Shown in pieces: positions 1-10,420 of a stretch of 64,000 nt of DNA. Source of the DNA: Blasia pusilla (lineage: Eukaryota); contig CM114271.1 of the NCBI GenBank assembly GCA_050084515.1, forward strand, positions 46,004,001 to 46,068,000, read 5' to 3'. Below the pieces are notes generated by a model that was given only the letters and a program-made list of their open reading frames with translations, was not told where the DNA came from and did no database searches. Numbering within the stretch: position 1 is the first letter of the stretch; the number at the start of each line of letters is the position of its first letter. Both the position numbers and the translations under genes were made by a program.

Positions 1-2180
1 CCAACACAACATCAACTTCACCATCATCCGTTTCTTGTATTGGATGTGTTGGAAACATCTCCCAATCTCTCTTGAAGAATCCAAAGAGTTCCTGTTGCAT
101 TCAACGAGGGTAATGGTATGGTCGAGGATATGCCCCTTCCATCCTTTGAGGAATATCTTGCCATAAGAAAGGTGGCAAGATCAATTAGAGTCTCCTCAAG
201 ATAAGGTCATCCACCAATGGATTTTGATGATGTTTTAGCACAAGTTGTGTTGAGGGCATCCCGAACTTCTTGTGCATTCAACCCTTGAGGAAAGAAGAAG
301 TTTTTTGCCTCTCGATTTTGGAGATCTATGGCAGTTTCGTGAATAAGGTCTCCTTGATCGTACATGTCAATGAAGTGGACCAGCCACGCTTGCATAGCCC
401 AATCAATCCTTTGCTAACATGAGATTTTTGCGTGAACCATTCCATCTATGTTTACTTCGAGGTTGTAATTGGATCGGGGGCTACGATGTCCCAAATTGAA
501 AGTGAATTTTTTTGCTCTTGGGTTCGCTTGTAATATGTAGGTGGTGCATTACTATCAGGAGCACAGAAAGAGATGCCAAAAAGGTGATAGAGTCTTCGTG
601 ACACTTGTGAGATAGTAATATGGCCTTTTGAAGACAATATGGATATCAATAACAAGATTTACATGTGCTTGTCACGTAGCAACCTTCGACAACAATGAGG
701 TTGAAGCAGATCATGCATTTGGGCTAATTTTTTGGCGTGAGGGCTCCTCCTTGAGCTAATGTGATTGTCTTCATCTAATCATGAAGATCTTGCTTTTTTT
801 TTCTTGGATTCAAAGGTGTTGGGGCCAACATCAAAGAAGCATAGTTTGGAGCATTCGGATCCACAATATTTTCCCATGCTACGCGTAGAGCATGAGGCCT
901 AAACTACTCGATAGGTTGAATTAAGATCAAATCAACCTCCTTCACAAGATGAACCTCAAGTAGAGTTGTCTTGGGGGTGAGTTCTCCCACGCAACCCCTT
1001 GCTCTCCATTGTAGCAATTCATCCATTACTTATTGTCATCTTGCCATGATGGATTCATATGCCCTCCTCCACCACTCCTCCATGTGATCAGCCATTACAA
1101 CTCTTTGTCTTCTATGGAGGTCATATTTGGAAATTAATTCATTCACAATCCTCTCCATCTCTTTCTTAAGTCTGGCATGCTCCTCACACAATTGTTGGTG
1201 CTTCCCCTTCAAAATGTTGAATTCCGCTTCCAAATCAAAAGTGCGTAAGGAATTTTTTATTAAACTCCCCAAGTGTGATAGATGAGACACAACCTCCCTA
1301 TTATTTGGAGCACTATCCCCACGAAAGGTTCTAGGATGAGTGCCGCTACGTACAGGGTGATAAGAATTCTCCTCGTGGCCATCAAAGCTCATATTACGAC
1401 CTACATTGAGGTCATTCAAAATATCTTGTCTATCTTCAAAATCCTCCTGGACTCACCTTCCATCTTCATTCTCGTTATGTATCTCTTGTTTCGTCATCCG
1501 ATTTTTTTATGTCGATCCAAGGAAGATAGTATGCCTTTAAGGCTTCTTGACAATCCACCTTGCCGGTATTGGCATGATGACGCTCGTGGTGATAAAGCTT
1601 CCACTCTTGGTTGTTTGATTATGGTGGTCAAGTTATACCATCATCAACTGTGGGTCTCTAATCTCTTCTCCAAGATGTGTCCTCCAAATCACCATAATGA
1701 ACCTCCATGTCCTTCATCAACTTCGCGACTTTGAGCTTGATAAATACCTTGCTCACTGACTTCCTCCTTCTTCTTGGGGAGATCCTGATAATTTGGAAGG
1801 CCATTGAATAAGGCCCAATCTTTTTTCCACTATTTTTCTTCTATTTCCTTGCAAATTCTCCAATTGCAGGCTGTAGCCACTTGAGCCGCGACTTCTTCAA
1901 TTGTGCTTCCAAAACTTGTGGGTCATGGATGTTATCCAAGTGTGCCTTCAATTTATCTTCCGTGATGAATTCTGAGACCCTCTTCTTGTTTACCTTCTCG
2001 TGAGTTGGTTGTCTCGGTATATTATGGGGTTCTTCCCCTCTTGTGTCACCCTGTTTGTCGTGAGAACTACCATCTTCATGGGGCGGCAACTTCATCTTGC
2101 CTTTTACCATAGGAAAGGGTGGTTTAGAAAAGATTCCAAGAATAGTGACATGATGACACACAATAGATCCATGGATCAAC
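1..2180 (-). pseudogene. Run of degraded, apparently intronless ORF fragments of unknown function, probably TE cargo, co-oriented with the kinase remnant
   Basis: Minus-strand ORF pieces at 207-395, 452-655, 1036-1419 (coiled-coil-like LKGKHQQLCEEHARLKKEMERI) and 1841-2179 read like protein but are broken by stops and frameshifts. No recognisable domain. Confidence 0.35.
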
Positions 2181-2239
2181 CAAGTTTAATCATTCATAAA
2201 CATTTAGAGTCACACATTCATCTTTTTCAATAATTTTTT

Positions 2240-3668
2240 TCATTTCTCATGAAAAAATATACAATCCTCAAACGAGTCCTTTATCGTGGTTACTGCCCTT
2301 AATCCCAAATTTACATCGTCTACACCTAATATTTTTGCATTTGCTTTGATATATGCAATAAGATATTTTAATCTTTTGCAATGCAAGGGATTCGGAGCTA
2401 ATGCCCATTTTCAAATCCTTTCCAAATAAGTAAATCTAACATTCACGTGGGTATCCTCGACAACAAGGTTTTATATCACATTATTAAAAAAATTCATAAT
2501 CATTCCTAGGGCATAGATTTGAGTGGCTCTGCTAAAAGGAATATTCTTAGGCCCTGCTATCAACTCCAGTACTATGTGCCCAACCTTATTTTTTTGTTCA
2601 TGATGCTACCATCTATGAGATGACTCTAAGTACTTATCAGCCCACAAAGCATTTTTCCAATCTCCAACCCCAATGTTTGGGTTTGAGTTGGATCCAAAAT
2701 GGATGAAAATGTTCCTAGCATGAAGGCCTAGTTTGGTATGAAGAAGCCCACGCTTGTGGATAGACTCCATGGTACCAAGAAGGGTCCCCATGAGCTGGAC
2801 GATATTAGATGCCATCGTGAGACATCTGATATTTTCCAACTCTGCTAGCCTAAACTATCCCCACCATTCTTCAAGGTATGGCATGCTCACAACCAATTTT
2901 CAAGGTGCCTACCATTCCAATATGGGTAGATACAACACGGTGGATCCTTGATCAACCTTCCCATTATACAAACAAAACCTCGATGTAAAGTAGTTGCAAA
3001 CATCTCCTTGCGCATCATCAATTTTCTTGAAAATGATCGAGATGATTCCTTAAACACCTTAATGCAATAGTAAATATCTTCACTAAAGCCAAGAGTTTGG
3101 TTTATTTTGCATCGATACATAGTTCCGTTAAACCTGATCCCACAATATTCTCAGGATCATCTCGTACTACTACGTTCTCGTAAAAAATCCATGTTACTCC
3201 ACATGGAACTAACAATGTCTGCCCCACGGAAGTACTACGTCCCTTGAAAAGATATTGAGCACTTCTTAACTCTACACTAAATCTTTCTATGAGAGTTGTC
3301 TCTACAACATTCAACTTCTCATTCTTATATATCTTGAGATTAACATTCACTCTTTCCATGTGAACACCTTGTTGGGCGCAAAATCTACTTAACCTCTCGG
3401 CCTCTTTGGCATCCACTTCCCAATTAAATACCTTTGAAACTCTCTTGGAAAATCTTTGCAATTCCAAGATGTAGTCATAGAAACCATCCATACCCCTCAA
3501 AATGTACGATCGTCTCTTCTCTAATGTAAGCAGGAAAAACCAGTCTAATCATGCCTCTCTTACAGCCATGTTCATTTCCTGCTTGGAATTTACTCTTTGC
3601 CTTCTAACACTATCATTGGACTCGATTTGGTTATCTCCCGCTCTTGATGATCCAACCCCACTAGACAT
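2240..3668 (-). pseudogene. Intronless protein kinase-like pseudogene
   Basis: Joined minus-strand fragments give kinase subdomains in the correct order: NIVGSG(F)NGTMYRC (Gly loop, 1-bp frameshift near 3132), YCIKVF (VAIK lysine), IHKRGLLH..LHARNIFIH (catalytic loop), VGDW (DFG position), IVLEL (APE position), QIYALG. Several stops. Confidence 0.7.
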
Positions 3669-4544
3669 TTCGCTTGGATGAAGAGGATAAGAAGATCTCT
3701 TAAAAAAACCAATGAAAGACGTGTACAAGTTGAGATAAGGAATTAGAAAAAAGATAATGATGGGAGATACTAAAACAATGGCTCGAGTAATATACATGCG
3801 TGCGAATAATGGAACAAGTATATGGATTTAGGGTTTTTTACTCAAAGGGAATATATGCATGTTTAGATAAGTTTCCTTAACCACCTCTAGATCCCTGATG
3901 TGCTAAGGGGAACCAATGAAACAAATCCAAATCTCCAGTTTGTGAATCAAAGATCTCAAAATCACCAAACAAGTCTAGTGATACAAGAGATTTCCACACT
4001 CACAACCTCTCACCTAATATGGAATCAATTAGATTTTGTTTAGGACACAACAAGGAGCGCAAATATCCAAGTTGGTCACAAAAAAATACAACTAGCCCCA
4101 AAAGGCACGCAACTCATTTCCGTGAATTACTAGTAACCTTGAAATCCCTTACTTCTCAAGGCACCAACAAAATTTGGAGCCTAATCCCCAAAATCTCTCA
4201 AAGAAAAGGAGGAAAACATGTAAAATGAAGATAATTGGGGTTAATTAGCCCCTAATGCCTTTCTTAAAAGCATTTTGGGGCCTATTTGTGGCCCCTTTGC
4301 TTATGGGTTTTTACCACACTAGGTTTGGGAAGGGAGAAGAGGATGGAGGCTTGCTCGAATTTAGCCTCCAGCAATCCCACACTACCACGTATAGCCACGG
4401 GGTTTGGGGGAACGGGGGCCAAATACGGGTCATACATGAGTTTGGCGGGTAGATCAAGGGCATCCACATGGAAATGCCCAATTTTCTGGACTCATGGCGG
4501 GCTATGACAAGGGCTATGGTGCGGGCTCATGGCCCGTATGCACG

Positions 4545-4775
4545 CTATGGCGCGGGCGGGGTGCGGGCGTTGGAGCCTGCGAGCAGGCTTTGGCGGACTA
4601 GGATTGGGCAAGAGCGAGCGCAGGCGCGGGTGCGGACGGACTAGGGCGTGAGCTTGGCGGGCTAGGGCTAGGGCTGGGTGTGGGCCCACGAGTGCGCGTG
4701 TGGGCTCGGATGGGCTAGGCTAGGGCTAGGGCGGGCTGGGTGGGTGTGGGCTTCTAAGGGCGGGCCTTTTGCGGG
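4545..4775 (+). repeat. G-rich low-complexity tract of GGGCTA/GGGCG/GGGTG units
   Basis: Examples: GGGCTAGGGCTAGGGCTGGG at ~4659-4678 and GGGCTAGGGCGGGCTGGGTGGG at ~4723-4744. Confidence 0.8.
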
Positions 4776-5441
4776 GCTGACGCAATTGACGCGATGAATG
4801 GGGACGGCTCGACATAGGCCTAACTCATTCGCAACGCAGGCTCGACACGGGCTACAAATTGGATGTTAGTACCAGGTTCTAGACAAGGTGTGGCCTCGCC
4901 AAGGGGAACTAACTTGGTCCACCCAAATCCTTAGGGAGGCTTACCCGAGACGATCGAAGGCTGCTCGCTTATCCCCATCGGAGATACTGACAATGATAAT
5001 AATAATTTCACTGCCCACTACTACAAATTGCGGGCAACTTAGTTATTTCTCGAACAAAGGAAGGATCACGCTTCCAAGTGCTCCATACCGTGCCATATCT
5101 TGCATGCGCGCTTAGGGTTGTTGACTCCGACCGGAGATGGCCTAGCCTGACCACAAGAGAGAGGTGTGCATCCTTGTCCTACGCTACTCGTTAGAACGTG
5201 CGATTGGATTAGGGTTGGGAATGGAAGGGTCACCTGTCTGACCAGCTAGGGGAGTGGTGTCTTGTCTCAGTACGGTTGGTGATTGTTGTATTTTTTTGCG
5301 AGGGTTCAAGGAAAGGGTTGGCGGAAAGGGTGGAATGTTCGGGTGGTGCGAGCCTGTGTAGCACGGCCTGGGTCAACACAGATATGTCCATCTTTGGGAC
5401 GGACATAAGTCTGAGGATATGGACTTTGTCCCCGTGCAACC

Positions 5442-5880
5442 TGTTGGATTCTCAACATCCACTTCTCTAAGCACAATTAATCTGATCGGCCCCCTTGTAT
5501 GAGGAGAAACCTAGATTGATAGTTCCGACTTAGACGTCGAAGGAGTCATAGTAATATGACGTAGGTGGTTTGAGGAATAGCGTTACTAGGTTTATCTAAC
5601 CCTATATTGCATCAGGGTGCAGGGCACCCTGATGCAATATAGGGTTTAGGTAATATAGGGTTAGATATATAGGTAAAAAGAAAATTAGGTAAAAACCCTA
5701 GTTTTCCCGAGTAGTCAAATAGTCGGGAGCCGCAGCGGTAGTGCATTCTCGTATGTTGAGTTATCTCCATGTTCAGGTTCCATTGAAGCTCTTCTGTGAG
5801 GGCATGGACGGACTAGGCCACTTTGTATCTCTAAGTTTTGTAAAGATTTCAGTGATTTCATCACTTTCTGTTTTCTCATA
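5442..5880 (+). mobile_element. Solo LTR of the Ty1/copia family found at 22310-27775
   Basis: Starts TGTTGGATTCTCAACATCC and ends TTTTCTCATA (CA changed to TA). Colinear with both LTRs at 22310 and 27299. Flanked by a perfect 5-bp TSD CAACC (5437-5441 and 5881-5885). Confidence 0.95.
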
Positions 5881-6499
5881 CAACCTTGAATTAACACTCT
5901 CACCTATATATAGAAATCAATTCAAAACAAAATTCTATTTAGTGTCATAACCATAGCAAGATGAGTTTACAACTCATTGATGCCTCTCTTTATACTCTTG
6001 TTTAGAAACTCTAGAGAGTGGCTAATGGAAGAGTTCAACAAAAAGTGGTTAGCATGCAACAACATACCCTTACTCTAAGGATAATCTTCTTTTTCTTGAT
6101 AGGGGTTATGAATTTAAACTTGCATATATAATTGAGTTTTCGTATGATGATTAGACAAATGTTCATCGAGCATAACCTTTCCTTGCTGATCATTTTTTTC
6201 TTTGCAGAGAAAATGTAAGTATGGACAACGAAATTCATTAATCTTCGAAGAAAAGGAGAAAATCAAGGGTTCTACCTAATATAGCAAATAAGCAAGAAAG
6301 TGAGATGCCTTCAGGCTCTTAAAAAAATAAACCAAAGTAAGTTCTTCACATGCATATAAATTGGTTTATATTGTCTAATATTTACCGGTGTGCACAACTA
6401 TATGATTGTGTAGGACTTATGAATTTTTGCACATTATGCCAAATTAGGGGTGCTCATTCAAGAAGGAAAATAAATGTATTTTTCAACTGTTCCCCATAG

Positions 6500-8241
6500 C
6501 ACATGAATGCCAAATGTATATTGCATTGAACTTATCTTATAAACCAAAGTCGAGAAGGACAATCCTTGGATCTGAAGTGATATCAAGCTTTGGTGGAAAG
6601 GAGCAATTTCATGGCAAGAATTTTTGGTTGGGAATGGTATGGGTGGATTTGAAGGAAGTATTACATCCAGATCACTCCTTGTGGAAACCTAATATGGTTA
6701 ATGAGCCTCCAGAGATGACTTTTGATGATTCACTTGGCTCAAGCATCCTTTGCCGGAGACGCATATGAGGAAAGTGATCCACTAGGTGTTTTGTGTCATG
6801 CATATGAAGCATGTAAAATTTAGACATGAAATTTCTCATGTTTTGAGTGCAGATTACATGGTTAGCTTGACATCTTGGCCATATATATAGATAAGGATGT
6901 TAAGAAACTTAGTGATTCTTAAACGTGCTCTAACTCAAGGTTATACTTTCTTCTCTTCAAGTTTTGATGTAAGTGTTGAGTAAACTTGCATTGCTTATGA
7001 AGCACTAAATATGATTTTCAAATATCTTTTTATGGGTTGTCATTACCCGATTATTAGTAAGACTCACCAACATTTTTGTGTGAAGTATAGCAATCCTTAA
7101 TATGAAGGATGTAACCTTCTCAATGAGTGTATGTTTCAAGGGCAATGCTTTCTGATTTTCATAGATTTTCCATTTGGCTTACATAGTTAGCTTGAAACTT
7201 TTGCCATCTATAAGCATGTTGAGAAACTATGTAATTCTTACTCATGCTTCAATTCAAGGTGATTTTTTCTTCTAGTTTGGATCTCAATTATGTTGAGTAA
7301 ACATGCATTGCTTATGAAATGCATTCAATGATTAGTTTGTTGCTCTCATAATTCTATTGCAATGACTATGTATGTCCACTTACTCGAAAGGTTGAACCTT
7401 CGTGACTACATCAATCAAACTATAAATTTTGATGCGACTTAGGTAGTTACTCTTAGTAAATAATAGCCCATGACACACAATAGAGTTAGCCATGACTCAC
7501 ATAGTCACAATGCCATTACTACGAATTTATAAAGGACTAATCGACTCATCTGAAAAATGACTCCGTGTAGGACAAAACTACCAAAAATGATTGACAATGA
7601 CACATTTAGTGGTTATGGATGACTTATTAACGACTCACCTTGTCAATTCCCATCATAGAGTGGAAAGGAACAAAAATGATTTTGGTTTTTTCCTTTCCAC
7701 TCACTATAGCGATGACTACGTGAGTGGAAAGGAACAAAACCAAAATGAGTAAATTTGCAAGTATGACTCAGTCTTGACAAATAACTAAGCATGTCACATC
7801 ATCCACTACATAAGACAAGCCAAAAGACTCCTAGAGTCATATAACCCAAATGTTTCCCTCTTATTGAATACAATATGAACAATCGTTGCTAAAAATAGGA
7901 TAAATGACTAGGCTAGTCATATATTATGACTCCAACTACATATGTTGCTATAATTATCACTACCAATTTATTTGTGGTCCACATCATCTGATGAGGTGGC
8001 ATTCCGTCCATATCATCTCAATGACATGGGAGTCAAAGAGTATAACTCCTTGGTTTAGTCATCTACCAACATCCACATAAGCAAACTCTTTGTACAATCT
8101 TCATGAAGATTGTATCAGATGCAAAGAACTTCCATGAAGACTAAGAAGCTCTTCAAGAAGAATTTGAGTCTTTGTGAAGACAAGGGTATGAAGACAAAGA
8201 CCTTCTACAAAGACCTTTATTCTTTTGAGAAAATTGTAGTG
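6500..8241 (+). mobile_element. 3' end of a CACTA (En/Spm) DNA transposon: TnpA-like exon remnant, subterminal repeats and putative TIR
   Basis: ORF 6514-6768 (FHGKNFWLGMVWVDLKEVLHPDHSLWKPN..TFDDSLGSSIL) resembles the C-terminal TNP1/TnpA-type domain. Dense ATGACT/AGTCAT motifs occur in both orientations at 7360-8065. TGTAGTG (reverse complement of CACTACA) ends at 8241. Confidence 0.55.
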
Positions 8242-9484
8242 GAAGACATATATAAAAGTACTTTGTCAGGACTTTGCAAACTATGAGGACCTAAAGACCA
8301 TTGAAGAAAATGTTGTGAGGGTACTTCTTGAAATATTATTTCGTGAAGATATCTTGGGAAAGATAGGTAGTTAGAGAAGTGGATCAATTAGAGTAGATAG
8401 AGGTGCAAGCGCGATCGCCTGAAATTTTAGAAGTTAGATTTGTGGGGACTAACTAGTGAAGCAGTTAAGTTGGGATTATGGAATCAAAAGTAGGAGAATC
8501 ATTGATCTTGTCAGGCATTAAGAATCGAATAGGTAGGAAGTTGATAAGAGACCTTTTCACATCTTGAGAATAGGAGGATGTAGGAGTCGTATAAAATGAG
8601 TGTAGGAAGTAATAGATAACATTTTGACCATTCCTGGGGGGAGAAGATCCTAATGGATCAACCATAACTAGGAGGAGTTTGATGTGCATTCAAGGACCTG
8701 TCGACCTCTTGATGAGGAAATAAACTTTCTATATTGATATGCTCTGTATTTGGAGGTGATAGACTTGATTTGATTGGAGATGCTTGAGTATGTTACTTGT
8801 GAGTAGTTGGGTTGAGTGGAATAGAAGAGCTATTGGATAAGTGATTGCACTTTATTAGGCAAAGAGCATCTTGCGAAGATGGATTAATTTCTGGCTATAG
8901 AAGATCCTTTTCTTGAAGTCTTAAGAACATGAGAACATCTCACTTTGATTATTGATGACTTGATGTATTTGCTTGATAGAAGCATTGCCTCATTGGAAAG
9001 AGTGTTTGTGAGGTATTTGATGAGAGAACAGAGCGAAGATTTGATGAGAGAACACACCTTCTTATAGGCGAAGACCTTTGTACTTGCAACATTAGTGAGA
9101 GAATTCTCGAGGTTGGTTCAATTGGAATAGTTAATTGATAATTGAGTCCTCTTGGGGAACAAACTGTATACTTAATTCAAAACACTTATTTTAGTAGTTA
9201 CTGAGACATTACACAACATATATGCAGGCGCTAATGGGTTGTCAAGTTGTTAAAGTGCCTCTACAAATTAGGAAATATAGTGGGAGTAGGTGATGGGTAG
9301 CTTCAGGGGAGTTTGAAAATATATAAGGATATTGAAGCATGTTTAGAAGAGTATATATTTTTAAAAGAAAAAGTTAGAGAACTCGTCATTGCTTATTGTA
9401 GTGGAAAATGGCCTCTTACTAGCTTTAGATGACAAAAATTTTTTTTTCGTTGTTAGCATGGAGATTATGGATGACTTTGTAGAA

Positions 9485-10420
9485 GATGGGCCATATATTT
9501 AGGAGCGATAAGAGGAGAGGAAGAGAGGAAAGAGGAGAGAGCAAACTATTGTCAATCCAAAGAGATCCTTTTTTTAGGAGAGTTTCTTGTGATTTGAAGA
9601 GAGCTTCTTTTGGGTTGAAGAGAGGAAGGAATTTTTTTCAACATATTTTACAATTTTATTCTATGTTCTTAGTCACTTCCACAATTTGATTTTTCCTCTT
9701 GGAAATTATGGCAACTCGTATGAATATGACGGGTTGCAATTTCACGAATGATTCATGTAGCCAATAGTCTCTCAACAAAAAATAAAAAAATTGGAGAAAT
9801 CATTGGAATCACAAAGATGGAAGAAAGTTCTAAAAAAACTTTTTCATGTTAGCATACTAATGAAAGTTTCAGATTGCACTTAACACTTTGGCATTTCCAA
9901 ACTAATAACAGACCTTATGTTGCATCCTCATAGTGGCTTTTTTAGGATACTTTGCACTTCTTTGAGGGGAAAAAATCGTTGGTGGATTCCTACTCCTAGC
10001 TCCAACTCTCTTAAAGCTATAAGCAGAACATAGTACATGTGCTTATAAGGGAAATACCTTTTCCCACTTGTCTCTCTTTAGACAAAGTCATCATAAGAAC
10101 ATGTGGGAAAGCAATAGATGTGTACAACATACATATCAGAAACACTTGAATTCACAGTGTTGTTCTTGACGGAATATATCCTTCCTATTCCATTCCCACT
10201 ATGAACGTCTTTTAGCAATGATTTCCATCTTGGCCTCCCGAGCTGATGCGATTAGCTTTGCTCTCTCCACCATTGGTATGGACATTCTGTTTCTCTTAAC
10301 CCCATTTCTTGACTTGAACAAAAATAGTGGATTGAGATCATTCACCTCCTCCAAGTACAAGTTGACATCAATCTTAGGTTGGATCTAAAATGCGAATGTC
10401 TCTATGATGCGAACATGTTC
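9485..10420 (-). mobile_element. Truncated copy of the SWIM-finger-encoding repeat also present at 16904-22259
   Basis: Clear nucleotide similarity to 16930-18040: purine-rich start, then GTTGCATCCTCA..GTGGC and GTGCTTATAAGGGAAA blocks. Minus strand encodes YVVHIYCFPTCSYDDFV.RETSGKRYFPYKHMYYVL, a decayed SWIM CxC-x(n)-CxH motif. Confidence 0.7.

Noticed and set aside
3897-6064. Possible long solo LTR hosting the copia solo LTR
   Set aside because: TG/CA candidates exist but no matching TSD was found; left unclassified.
8350-9300. Possible LINE remnant on the minus strand
   Set aside because: Only compositional hints; no diagnostic endonuclease or RT motif.
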